From sequence record SRR20825010_765: 56,820 nucleotides of DNA. One strand, 5' to 3'. Made by a program: the position numbers and the translations under genes. How positions within the stretch are numbered: the first letter of the stretch is position 1; each line of letters opens with the position of its first letter. The notes beneath the pieces were generated by a model. It worked only from the letters and a program-made list of their open reading frames with translations, was not told where the DNA came from and made no database searches. Of the stretch, positions 9,691-19,572 are shown piece by piece.

Positions 9691-11176
9691 CGCTCGCCTG
9701 GCGCCGCGCAGCCCTTGGCAAGCGGCAGATCTGGGCACCCAGTTCTACCGCCACTGGGCCGGGGCCATTACCGGTGTCTGGCTGCTATTCACCGCGGTGC
9801 CTTATGCCCTGCTGCTGGCACTGGCCGCAGCGGACAACAGCCTCTGGCCGTTATTCGTATTCTGGTGGCTCAAGCCGCTGTGGGAACGCCCGCTACTGGC
9901 CTTTTACAGCCACGCCCTGTTTGGCGAAACCCTTACGTTGAAAGCCTTGCTGAAACGCTGGCGCGGCTACGCCCTGCCCGGGCTGGCCGGCCAACTCACC
10001 TGGCGACGCCTGAGCCCCATGCGCAGTTTCAATGCCTGCGTCTGGCAGCTGGAACAAGTGAAAGGCGAGACCGCCAGCCAGCGACTGAAAGTGCTCAACA
10101 GTTATCCCTCCAACCGGGCCGGTATGCTGACCTTGCTGGTGCTTCATCTTGAGCAATTCATGACCTTCGGGTTGATGGCATTGCTCTATACCCTGGTGCC
10201 GTGGCAATTCAATCTGGAGCTCAGTGACTGGTTCTACGACCAGAGCGGGTTACAGTTGGCCATCTCCGGGCTGTGTTTTTATCTGGTGCTGTGTGTCACC
10301 GAGCCCCTTTACGTGGCCTGCGGGTTTGCTCTCTACCTGAACAAACGCACCTGGCTGGAAGGCTGGGACCTGCAACTCGGCCTCACCCGGCTGGGAGAGC
10401 GGCGCCGCGCCGCCAAAAATGTCATCGGCGCCTTGCTGATATTCGTGTTGGTGCCGTTCATGGAGCCCGCCCACGCGGAACCCTCAGCGCCAGACACCAC
10501 CAGCGAGCAACAGCAAGTGATCGAACTGCTGGCCAGTCCGGCCTTCATGCCCCTGGAGGAGCGCACGGAACGACAATGGATCAACCGGGATAACAGCGAC
10601 GCCGAAAGCTGGATAGAGACACTCTGGCGGTTCTTGTTCGAGAATCTGGACGACGATGAAACCGATACCTCCAGCTCTCCCCTGAATATTCCCGATGCGC
10701 TGTTATGGGCGATTTTCTGGACGCTGTTTGTGGCCCTGGCGCTGTGGCTGATCATCAAGGTCGCCAACCAGTTCGGCCTGCGCGGACACCGCACAAGCAA
10801 ACGCCCGATGATCCCCACCCACGTGGCCGGGCTGGATATCCGTCAACGTAGCCTGCCGAAAAACCTGAACCGAGCCGTGGAAGAGGCCCTCAAAACCGGT
10901 GATATCCGCGCCGCTCTCGCCGTGCTGATGCGCGCCGCCCTGGCCGGTGTTCTGGCACGCTACCCGGTGGCATTGGCGGCAGGCAGCACCGAACAGCAAT
11001 GTCTGCGTACCCTGCAACAGCAACACGGCGACCCGCTGCCCATTGCCTACCTGCAGCGCCTCACCCAAGCCTGGATCCGCACCGCCTGGGCCCACCGTCC
11101 GGTCAGTGATGAACAGGTGCGCACCCTGGCACAGCACTGGCAGCAAATGGATCGGCTGGAGACAGACCATGGGTAG
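9671..11176 (+). CDS. DUF4129 domain membrane protein
   Basis: R.PWQA.DLG, WWLKP, YLNKRTWLEGWDL, C-terminal TE..C/W...AW.H. Confidence 0.78.
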   Translation: MELEKASARLAPRSPWQAADLGTQFYRHWAGAITGVWLLFTAVPYALLLALAAADNSLWPLFVFWWLKPLWERPLLAFYSHALFGETLTLKALLKRWRGYALPGLAGQLTWRRLSPMRSFNACVWQLEQVKGETASQRLKVLNSYPSNRAGMLTLLVLHLEQFMTFGLMALLYTLVPWQFNLELSDWFYDQSGLQLAISGLCFYLVLCVTEPLYVACGFALYLNKRTWLEGWDLQLGLTRLGERRRAAKNVIGALLIFVLVPFMEPAHAEPSAPDTTSEQQQVIELLASPAFMPLEERTERQWINRDNSDAESWIETLWRFLFENLDDDETDTSSSPLNIPDALLWAIFWTLFVALALWLIIKVANQFGLRGHRTSKRPMIPTHVAGLDIRQRSLPKNLNRAVEEALKTGDIRAALAVLMRAALAGVLARYPVALAAGSTEQQCLRTLQQQHGDPLPIAYLQRLTQAWIRTAWAHRPVSDEQVRTLAQHWQQMDRLETDHG

Positions 11177-12491
11177 AACCGCCCGACTGCGCCGCGCCTT
11201 TCCCTGGCTACTCGCTGCCCTGCTGGTCGCCATGGTCGCGGGCTACTACGCCCTCACCGAACCGGTCACGTTCATGCAGCGGGTGGCACCGGACAGCAGC
11301 ATTACCCGCAACCCTTATAGCGCCGCCCAACAATGGCTGGCGCAACGGGGTCAGCCTTCTGAACGCATTCTCAGCGCCGCGGCCCTGTTCCCGTTACCCG
11401 ACACCCGCACTACCCTGGTGATCGATAAACACCGCGGCATGCTCACGTCCAACCAGGTCAACGCCTTGCTGGAATGGGTACAGGACGGCGGAGAACTGGT
11501 TGTGGAAGCTCGCCCGCTTCCCGGCATGCTGGAAGCATCCGACGCCAGCGACAGCGACTGGCAAGACAACGACCCGCTGTTGTTCCCGCTAGGCATCACC
11601 GTATGGGACTCCCCGGTGCCAGAATCCGCTGAAGAAGACCCGATACGCGACCTGCTTATGGCCCTGCCAACCTTTGTTGACAGCCCTCTGCAATATTGTC
11701 TGCATAGCGACAACGAAGCACTCCGCAAAGACTGCACACGATTGGCTTGTGATGCCCCACAAGAACCCGCACCGCTCGGGCTGCATGTGGGCGATAACGA
11801 ACCGGACCGGCGCGTGCAATTGTTCAGTGACTATGTGATCTGGCACGACAGCTGGGACGATGAAGAAGGCCAGACCCCGCATCTGGAATGGCCGGTGGAA
11901 GTGACCGCCTATGCGGACAATGATTACGGCAGCCAGCTGGTACAACTGGCTCTCGGATCAGGACAAATTTCCGTGCTCACAGACCTGGGCCTGTGGTCCA
12001 ACGAACGGCTGCTCTACTTCGATCATGCCTGGTTACTGGCCTGGCTCACCGCCGACGAACCGGTGTGGTTTGTGCGCTCGGTGGCCATGCCGCCCCTGGC
12101 CCAATGGTTGTGGTTAAAAGCCCCGGCACTGGGCGTTGCGCTGCTAACACTGCTGGCCCTGTGGCTGTGGCATCGCATTCCCCGCCAGGGGCCACGCCAG
12201 GAAGCCCGGGAAGAAAGCAGCCGCGATTATCTGCAACACTTGCACGCCAGCGGCTATTTCCAGTGGCGCACGGATCAACAGGCCGCGCTGGTACACGCCC
12301 TGCGTAAACAAGCCGAGCAGCACCTGATCCGCTTTCATCATCAACGTGACAAGGCGCTGACTCTGGCCGCGAAAGCCTTGTCGGTGCCAGCCAAAGAGCT
12401 GGAAGCGGCGCTACAGATGCAGCCGGACACCCGGGACCAGTTCACCCGGCAGGTGTCATTATTACAATCGCTGAAAAATTGCAGTCACTGA
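11169..12491 (+). CDS. DUF4350 domain protein
   Basis: N-terminal TM, NPY.AA, LLEWV..GG.LVV, C-terminal TM; operon context. Confidence 0.72.
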   Translation: MGRTARLRRAFPWLLAALLVAMVAGYYALTEPVTFMQRVAPDSSITRNPYSAAQQWLAQRGQPSERILSAAALFPLPDTRTTLVIDKHRGMLTSNQVNALLEWVQDGGELVVEARPLPGMLEASDASDSDWQDNDPLLFPLGITVWDSPVPESAEEDPIRDLLMALPTFVDSPLQYCLHSDNEALRKDCTRLACDAPQEPAPLGLHVGDNEPDRRVQLFSDYVIWHDSWDDEEGQTPHLEWPVEVTAYADNDYGSQLVQLALGSGQISVLTDLGLWSNERLLYFDHAWLLAWLTADEPVWFVRSVAMPPLAQWLWLKAPALGVALLTLLALWLWHRIPRQGPRQEAREESSRDYLQHLHASGYFQWRTDQQAALVHALRKQAEQHLIRFHHQRDKALTLAAKALSVPAKELEAALQMQPDTRDQFTRQVSLLQSLKNCSH

Positions 12492-12561
12492 TGCCGAATA
12501 AACCGGTGCAGTGGCGCGGACAACCACGCCAACGTCAGTTGCAACGCAAAAGGACAACAGC

Positions 12562-13533
12562 ATGAGCCAACCCGCCACCCTCGCCGATGCGGCCGCCCTG
12601 GCCCACGACATTGAAAGCCGGCTCAATCAGGTATTGATTGGCCAGCAACAGGTCGTCCGTGAAGTGCTGATCGCACTGATTTCCGGCGGCCACGTGCTTA
12701 TCGAAGGCGTGCCCGGCCTGGGCAAAACCCTGCTGGTGCGCAGCCTGGGCCGGGTACTGGAACTGGATTTCAACCGCATCCAGTTCACTCCGGACCTGAT
12801 GCCCACCGACGTAACGGGCCACGCCATGTACGACCAAAAGACCGAGCAATTTCGCATCCGTCGCGGCCCGGCCTTTACTCAACTGCTGCTGGCTGACGAG
12901 ATCAACCGCGCCCCGGCCAAGACCCAGGCCGCACTGCTGGAAGTCATGCAGGAACGGCAGATCACCATCGAAGGCAAGGCCTTTACCCTGAACGAGCCCT
13001 ATATGGTGCTCGCCACCCAGAATCCGCTGGATCAGGAAGGCACCTACCCGTTGCCGGAAGCGGAACTGGACCGTTTCCTGTTCAAGGTATTGATTGATTA
13101 CCCGGCTCACGCCGACGAAACCCGCCTGGTGAACATGGTGCTCGACGGCACCATCCGCGCCAGCCTGGATGTGGACAGCCTGAGCCCGGCCACCGATGCC
13201 GCCGGCCTGCAGGCCATGAAAGCACTCAGTAACGACGTGCTGATCGACGCCGAAGTGCTGGATTATGCCCTGCGTATCGTGCGCGCCACCCGCGACTTCA
13301 ACGGCCTGAGCCATGGGGCCAGCCCCCGGGCCAGTATCGCACTGGCCCGGGCAGCCCGCGTGCAGGCCATGTTCGAAGGCCGTGACTTCGTCACCCCGGA
13401 CGACATCCAGCAAGTGGCTCGCCCGGTACTGCGCCACCGCATCCAGCTCAGCGCCGACGCGGAAATCGAAGGGCAGACCCCGGAAACCGCATTGGCCCGC
13501 CTGCTCGACCAGGTGGAAGCACCACGGCAATGA
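12562..13533 (+). CDS. MoxR family AAA+ ATPase
   Basis: GVPGLGKT Walker A, RIQFTPDLMP, DEINRAP, ATQNP. Confidence 0.93.
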   Translation: MSQPATLADAAALAHDIESRLNQVLIGQQQVVREVLIALISGGHVLIEGVPGLGKTLLVRSLGRVLELDFNRIQFTPDLMPTDVTGHAMYDQKTEQFRIRRGPAFTQLLLADEINRAPAKTQAALLEVMQERQITIEGKAFTLNEPYMVLATQNPLDQEGTYPLPEAELDRFLFKVLIDYPAHADETRLVNMVLDGTIRASLDVDSLSPATDAAGLQAMKALSNDVLIDAEVLDYALRIVRATRDFNGLSHGASPRASIALARAARVQAMFEGRDFVTPDDIQQVARPVLRHRIQLSADAEIEGQTPETALARLLDQVEAPRQ

Positions 13534-14837
13534 AGCCCGCTCCGCGCCTGCTCCTCGCCGTGGCCCTATGGGCCTTGAGCGCGATCACGTTGCTGTTTTT
13601 CAGTAACAGCATCGCCAGCCTGCTATGGTGGGCGGCAGGTGCTGTGTTGGCAGCCTTCGCCCTACTCGACCTGTTGCATGGCTGGCGCCGCCCGGCCCCG
13701 GCAGCGCAACGCATCGTGCCCAATGCCCTGTCCGTTCAGCAGCCGCATCCGATCAAGGTGCGCATCACCTCGGCCGATCTGCCCGCCACTGTTACCCTGG
13801 CAGACCACCATCCCGGTGATGACGTGCTCACCGGCCTGCCCAGTCAGCTTACCCGGGCTGATAATGAGCTCACCGAATTCACTTACCATTACCGGCCCAG
13901 CCGGCGCGGCCCGGTGAATTTCGGCGACCTGGAATTCTGGTTTCCCAGCCAGCTTGGCTTCTGGTCGCTGCGGAAAACTTGCCCGGCCCAATGCACGGTG
14001 CCGGTATATCCGGATTTTTCCCGCATCAGCCAAACCCAACTGGATGCCAACCATTCCTTTCTCCTCACCGGCACCCGCCTCAAGCCGCGCCGCGGCGAAG
14101 GCATGGAATTTCACCAGTTACGCGAGTATCACCCCGGCGACAGCCTGCGCCAGATCGATTGGAAAGCCACCGCGCGCCGCCGCAGCTTGATCAGCCGTGA
14201 GTATCAGGATGAGCAGAATCAGCAGGTATTGATCATGCTGGATGGCGGCCGACGGCTGGGCATGCCAGTGGGTAAACTCACCGGTTTCGACCACGCCCTC
14301 AATGCGTCGCTGCTACTGGCATGGAGTGCACTCAAGCAGAAGGACAAAGCCGGCGCCATGCTGTTTTCCGGCGATCAGCCACGCTGGCTTCCGCCGGTGC
14401 AGGGGCAAAACGGTATCAACCATTTGCTGAACGGGCTGTACGATTTGCACCCCAGCCAGCACGCCAGCGACTTCAGCCTGGCGGCGCGTCAGCTGGTACG
14501 CCATAGCCGTCGCCGAGCATTGGTGGTGTTAGTGACGCGGCTACAGCACGAGGACCTGGATGATCTACTCAGCGCCGTGGGCTTGATGCGTCGCCACCAT
14601 CTGGTGCTGATCGCCGATATGCTGTTGCCAGAGCAGGAAGCGCTGGCGCGTCAGCCGGTGGAAGATTTCGATCAGGCGTTAACGCTGTGCGCCGATGCCC
14701 AGGAGCAGAAACAGCGCCAGCAGCTGCATACCCGCCTGCGCCACGCCGGTGCCCTGATCACCGCTGCCACGCCACAACAAATGCCCCAGCAATTGAATCA
14801 TTTATATCTGGCGTTGAAACGCAGCGGGCGCCTTTAG
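13530..14837 (+). CDS. DUF58 (vWA-like) MoxR partner protein
   Basis: GMEFHQLREY.PGD..R.IDWKATAR. Confidence 0.9.
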   Translation: MKPAPRLLLAVALWALSAITLLFFSNSIASLLWWAAGAVLAAFALLDLLHGWRRPAPAAQRIVPNALSVQQPHPIKVRITSADLPATVTLADHHPGDDVLTGLPSQLTRADNELTEFTYHYRPSRRGPVNFGDLEFWFPSQLGFWSLRKTCPAQCTVPVYPDFSRISQTQLDANHSFLLTGTRLKPRRGEGMEFHQLREYHPGDSLRQIDWKATARRRSLISREYQDEQNQQVLIMLDGGRRLGMPVGKLTGFDHALNASLLLAWSALKQKDKAGAMLFSGDQPRWLPPVQGQNGINHLLNGLYDLHPSQHASDFSLAARQLVRHSRRRALVVLVTRLQHEDLDDLLSAVGLMRRHHLVLIADMLLPEQEALARQPVEDFDQALTLCADAQEQKQRQQLHTRLRHAGALITAATPQQMPQQLNHLYLALKRSGRL

Positions 14838-14915
14838 ATTCGAACGGTGGGATAATGCTGGCCACAGCACTGGCTAGCAAACTCACGGTCGACCAGCTGA
14901 ATCCCACCAGATAAA

Positions 14916-14955
14916 ACAAAAAAACCGCGCCCATTTACGGGCGCGGTTTTTTTGT
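14916..14955. terminator. Bidirectional rho-independent terminator
   Basis: ACAAAAAAACCGCGCCC...GGGCGCGGTTTTTTTGT between convergent genes. Confidence 0.85.
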
Positions 14956-14990
14956 ACATTTTTCTGTTTTCTTACCCGGCATTCACACTA

Positions 14991-17228
14991 TCAGAAGTTG
15001 AGCGTCAGCCCGGCAGTGTAACGACGGCCATCCAGGATTCGGCCGTAATCATCGGTATTGATCTCTTTGTCGAACAGGTTTTCAACACTGCCGTATACAT
15101 CCAGTTGGTCAGTCAGGGAATAGACCATTCCAGTATCCACCAGGGTGTAACTTGGGTACTCCTCAGACAAGCCACTGCGTGCGGCAATTTGTGATGCCTT
15201 GCCCTTATAGCGCGCCTTGGCCCACAACCGCGCCGCGTCATTGGCACGCCAGTTAAGCGCGATATTTGCGCGGTGTTTTGGCTGATCGTTCAATGGCAAT
15301 CCCTTGTCGTCACCACTCAGTTGTTCGCTATCGGTGAGCGAGTAGTTGGTATCCAGGCGTACCCGGGCCCCAATGGGGAACGACAAGGTGGCTTCGGCAC
15401 CCTGAATACGCGCTTCATCCACATTGGTATAACGGTACAGCTTTTCGTAATCGTAGCCTTGGTAGATACAGGTTGTATCAGAGCCGGAAATGCGGTCACA
15501 AATAAGCGGTTTTTCGATCTTGTCTTCGTAATCCGTCTGGTAAATGGTCAACCCTGCCTGAACACCGTTATCTGCCTCCCACATGGCACCGATTTCATAG
15601 GTCACGCTTTTTTCCGGCTTGAGATTATCATTGCCGATATCGCCACCATCCACCGAGGGACCACCGCCGCCTTCAACCCAATTGCTATCCCCTTCCTTGA
15701 GATCGGGGGTTCGGTAACCGGCACTGGCGCCACCTTTCAAAGTCCAGGATGAACTCAGGTTGTAAACCGCATAGAGGCGCGGCACCGCTTCACTGCCATA
15801 GTTTTCATCATCAACCCACCGCAGCCCGGCGGTTAATGCCAACGGATCACTGACAAACCATTGGTCTTCTGCAAACAGAGCCATATCCCAACGCTTCAAG
15901 TCCGGCTCACCAATGGCGCGAGTGGGATTTTCTGTTTGTTGCTCCCGGTACTGGCCGCCCAGGGTTAGAACATGATCGCCTAACGGAAGCGTCGTTTGTG
16001 TATTTGCCGTGGCCCGCTGATAGCGAGCATCCTGGGTTTGGTTTTCCAGTTCTTCATGCTGTACGTAGCTATTGGTACTAACATCACCACCCCACAGCAG
16101 ATCATGATTCAGTGCCTGGTAGCGACGCACCGTATACAACTCACTGTCACTGCCGGTATTGGCGGCTGTGCCTTGTGTCAGCTGATTGGCATAACCGGCT
16201 TCCAGTGCCAGAGTTTGATTTTCGCTGGGAGTCCAGGAGAGCTTGGCCGAATTGCTGTCCCTGTCCAGGTCCAGATAGCCACTGTCGATTTCGTCCTCAT
16301 CGCGCATATACCGCGAGCCAGTCACGGTTAACGCAAGCGTGTCAGCAAGCAAAGGCCCGCTGAGATAATAGCGCTGCTGCTGGTAATCACCGGAATCGTG
16401 GTTTTCCTGCTCGGTTCTTTCCAGCGTTACGGACCCCGCCCAATGTTCCGGCGTAGCCTTGGTGATCACATTAATCACCCCGCCCAGCGCGTCGGATCCG
16501 TACAACGAGGACATGGGTCCGCGAATCACTTCGATACGCTCGATGGCAGAAATCGGCGGCAACCAACCAAATTCTGCCCCCGCACCAAAACCATTGTAGT
16601 AGGACTGGCCGGAGCCTTGAGGGCGGCCATCCACAAGAATCAGGGTGTAATCACTATCCATTCCGCGAATGGAAATTTCTTCGGTTCCCCCCTTGCCCGA
16701 CGGACCATCATCCACATAAACGCCGGGTACATCTTGTAGCGCTTCCGTAATATCGCGGTAGGATTTCCCTTCCAGCTCTTCACGGCCAATCACGGAAATG
16801 CTGGCCGGTGCATTGGCCACATCCACAGCCTTGCCAGAGGCTGATGCGGATGTCACGGTGACTTTCTCAAGCTGGTTAGTGGCGCCGCGATTCCCCTCCT
16901 TGCGCTTCAGCCTGTAGCTGCCGTTATTCTGGCGAACTACCTGTAAACCCGTACCGGAAAGCAGTTGCTCCAACCCTTTCGCCGGGCGATAGGTGCCGTC
17001 CAGTCCCGAGGTGGTTTTACCTTCGGTGAGGCGGCCATCAATTACCAAGGTCAAACCTGCTTGGCTGGCGAAATGGCTTAGCGCTGCGTCCAGGCGCCCC
17101 GCTTCTATTTGGTATGCCCGAAGATTGTCAGCCAACGCATGTGACGGTGCCAGCGAGACAGAGAACAGGGCAAGACACAGCCAGACGGCCGGCAAGTGGC
17201 GGCTGGCTGTTCGGTTCTTAATCATCAT
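14991..17228 (-). CDS. TonB-dependent receptor with N-terminal STN signalling domain
   Basis: Signal peptide, AG.L..AL..FA.QAG STN motif, TonB box (EKVTVTS), IERIEVIRGPMSSLYGSDALGGVIN, C-terminal F. Confidence 0.92.
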   Translation of the reverse strand: MMIKNRTASRHLPAVWLCLALFSVSLAPSHALADNLRAYQIEAGRLDAALSHFASQAGLTLVIDGRLTEGKTTSGLDGTYRPAKGLEQLLSGTGLQVVRQNNGSYRLKRKEGNRGATNQLEKVTVTSASASGKAVDVANAPASISVIGREELEGKSYRDITEALQDVPGVYVDDGPSGKGGTEEISIRGMDSDYTLILVDGRPQGSGQSYYNGFGAGAEFGWLPPISAIERIEVIRGPMSSLYGSDALGGVINVITKATPEHWAGSVTLERTEQENHDSGDYQQQRYYLSGPLLADTLALTVTGSRYMRDEDEIDSGYLDLDRDSNSAKLSWTPSENQTLALEAGYANQLTQGTAANTGSDSELYTVRRYQALNHDLLWGGDVSTNSYVQHEELENQTQDARYQRATANTQTTLPLGDHVLTLGGQYREQQTENPTRAIGEPDLKRWDMALFAEDQWFVSDPLALTAGLRWVDDENYGSEAVPRLYAVYNLSSSWTLKGGASAGYRTPDLKEGDSNWVEGGGGPSVDGGDIGNDNLKPEKSVTYEIGAMWEADNGVQAGLTIYQTDYEDKIEKPLICDRISGSDTTCIYQGYDYEKLYRYTNVDEARIQGAEATLSFPIGARVRLDTNYSLTDSEQLSGDDKGLPLNDQPKHRANIALNWRANDAARLWAKARYKGKASQIAARSGLSEEYPSYTLVDTGMVYSLTDQLDVYGSVENLFDKEINTDDYGRILDGRRYTAGLTLNF

Positions 17229-17308
17229 TTCAGTCCTTCAGTAAGGGAAAATGAAAGAGCCACAAAATGACCCCCTATCCCTATACCCCGAACGAAATGG
17301 AAAAAGTG

Positions 17309-18307
17309 CTACGCCATTGGCTGATTTTTTTTACTCGCACGGACATGGACCAACCAGGGAGTTCGGTAATGCACTTCAACAGGCAGCGCCTCGACCACTG
17401 ATTGCAAGATGAAATCGGTGTCATTCAGCGCATAGGCGCCGGACACAATCAGGTCTGCAATGTCCTCATCGCAGTACAGCAAGCCCCTTCGATAACGCCC
17501 TAGTTCGGCAAGAAAAAGCCCCATGGGCATCCGATCAGCCTGCAAGACGCCACGTGTCCAAGCCATGGCTGCGCTGCGATTTAACGGTAATCGCTGCAAC
17601 GCAGTTGCAGACAACCACACCTCTTGGCCAGCCAACAAAGGCGCCGCTACAGTCGCACTCAGACCGGACACGACATCCACTTGCCCAGCCAGCACTGATA
17701 CTTGCAACCTGTCGCCATGATCGCGCATCAATAAATGACTGGCGGCCACGTCGAAGGTCACTCCCGACATCTCAACGAAGAACGGCCCGCCTCTTCCTTT
17801 ACGGCTATCCAAAGCGATTTCACTGCCCGGCAGAACCGTCAGTCTCCTTTCGCTTGCAAACTGGATGTTCACTCCACTGTCGGTATTCAGCTTGAGTCTA
17901 CTGCCATCCACGAGATCGACATCTCGCTGTTCCCCTTTTGCACTATGGCAATCAGCCACTCTTCGCTGAACCCAACTGTTCTGGCTAGCAATCCATCCCG
18001 CGCCGGCCAGCGCAAACAGCGTTAACGCATGACGGCGCGTTACCATCGCGGGCCGTTGCAGCGAGCGCCTCCCCACTTCCGCCGGCACGGTTTGCAGGCG
18101 CCCGGCGAGGCGCTCTACTTCTTCCCACGCTTTCAGATTATCCGGATGGGCGGCAAGCCAAACCGCCCAGCATTGGCGGTCTTGATCGTCCGTTTCCCCG
18201 GACCAAAGAGCGACCTGCCACTCGAGTGCCGCTTCAAATCGTTCTGCGTCTAAGCCATGGCGGGCGGCATGATGCTGCAATGACGGCACAGTCGTGGCGC
18301 TCATCAT
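17309..18307 (-). CDS. FecR family anti-sigma/sensor protein
   Basis: A..W...L/W..W N-domain, GEQR...L.DGS.L.LNTDS, AW..G.L. Confidence 0.88.
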   Translation of the reverse strand: MMSATTVPSLQHHAARHGLDAERFEAALEWQVALWSGETDDQDRQCWAVWLAAHPDNLKAWEEVERLAGRLQTVPAEVGRRSLQRPAMVTRRHALTLFALAGAGWIASQNSWVQRRVADCHSAKGEQRDVDLVDGSRLKLNTDSGVNIQFASERRLTVLPGSEIALDSRKGRGGPFFVEMSGVTFDVAASHLLMRDHGDRLQVSVLAGQVDVVSGLSATVAAPLLAGQEVWLSATALQRLPLNRSAAMAWTRGVLQADRMPMGLFLAELGRYRRGLLYCDEDIADLIVSGAYALNDTDFILQSVVEALPVEVHYRTPWLVHVRASKKNQPMA

Positions 18308-18822
18308 GCGTCCAGCGCTAACAAACAGGCTTGCGTCGCCTTGAGCATATACTTACGCACTGCACCGTGGGAGACGCCCATACGCTCTGCAATCTGGTGA
18401 TAGGTGAGGCCCTCAAAGCGGGACAGGAGAAAAGTCCGTGAGATCTTATCGGGAAGGCCGTCTAACGTTTCATCAATGCGTGTGAGGATATCCAGAACAA
18501 GCGTTTGATGCTCCGCTGAGGGCATCTCCGCTTGTGAACTTACTGCTAACGCGTCCAGATAGGCCGTTTCCAAACGGCGACGGCGGTGAAGATCAATAAC
18601 CAGCCCACGGGCAATTTGGGTGAGAAACGCCCGCCCTTCACCGGGTGGTGGGTGACGACCACCATCCATCAACCGAATATAGGTATCTTGTACCAAATCC
18701 GCAGCATCATCCTGGTTACCTTGCAGGCGACGCCGCAACCATCCGAAAAGCCAACTGGCATGATCCTGATAGAGGTCACCAATATCACTGTTCAAAGGGC
18801 GGTAAGACGCGGAATAAGCCAT
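18304..18822 (-). CDS. FecI-like ECF sigma-70 factor
   Basis: WLRRRL, AADLVQDTY, IARGLVID, FLLSRFEGLTY..IA. Confidence 0.9.
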   Translation of the reverse strand: MAYSASYRPLNSDIGDLYQDHASWLFGWLRRRLQGNQDDAADLVQDTYIRLMDGGRHPPPGEGRAFLTQIARGLVIDLHRRRRLETAYLDALAVSSQAEMPSAEHQTLVLDILTRIDETLDGLPDKISRTFLLSRFEGLTYHQIAERMGVSHGAVRKYMLKATQACLLALDA

Positions 18823-18865
18823 TGCTTGTGATGTCTGAATCCCAGAAAGGAACGAGACTTAATCA

Positions 18866-18888
18866 CAATTGATATTAATTATCAATTG
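18866..18888. promoter_or_regulatory. Putative Fur box upstream of the ECF sigma gene
   Basis: CAATTGATATTAATTATCAATTG near-perfect palindrome resembling the Fur consensus. Confidence 0.75.
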
Positions 18889-18925
18889 CAGAAAGGTAAT
18901 GCGGCTTGCTTCGCTTAGCGGTTGA

Positions 18926-19540
18926 TCAGGTAATGGTCTCGTGCTGCGGGTTTGGGAAAACCGCATCCAACCGGGCCCCCAGGCTGCGTTGAGCTGGGCG
19001 ATAGTATTCTTCCATTGCCCGAACCCACAGGCTTGCCCGCTCAGGCAGCCCACCTCTGATCAGCCCATGGGCCAACGCTTTCACTTGATCCGCAAACCGG
19101 TATTGATCCCCTGGGTCCCCATCTAAATTGTCCAGAGAGACCCGAAAGGGGTGGCCGCAGGCCGCACAGAAAAGCGCTTCGAATGCTTGAGGCCGAACCT
19201 CAACAGCCAGGAACTGACTCTGTTCAATAGCATTACGGCCATCCGGCGCGTACCAGTAACCGTAGTCTTCCTGCTGGCGACGCGCCGGGCCGGCAACGCA
19301 CCAGTGGGCAATTTCGTGCAAGGCACTGCGGAAGTAATCACGTGTATAGCAAATCCGGTGGGGATGGCCGGGCAGGTAAACAGGCTCCGCAGCGCCCCCT
19401 TCCAGTAAGGTGTCGTAGGAATGAAAAAAAGTCGCCCGAAACAAGGCTTCCAACTCACCACTGGCGTACACCTGTGAAGCGCTTTGCGGTATGGTAGCCG
19501 CCTTCGTCTGAACCCGATTCTGATCTATTTCGTTCACCAC
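18926..19540 (-). CDS. epmC: Elongation factor P hydroxylase (YfcM/EpmC); start uncertain
   Basis: EP.YLP, SALHEIAHWC.AG..RR...DYGYWY.PDGR, VEVRPQA.E. Confidence 0.88.
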   Translation of the reverse strand: MVNEIDQNRVQTKAATIPQSASQVYASGELEALFRATFFHSYDTLLEGGAAEPVYLPGHPHRICYTRDYFRSALHEIAHWCVAGPARRQQEDYGYWYAPDGRNAIEQSQFLAVEVRPQAFEALFCAACGHPFRVSLDNLDGDPGDQYRFADQVKALAHGLIRGGLPERASLWVRAMEEYYRPAQRSLGARLDAVFPNPQHETIT

Positions 19541-19572
19541 ACCCGTTCCGCTTACAACAGTAGCACTTGCCT

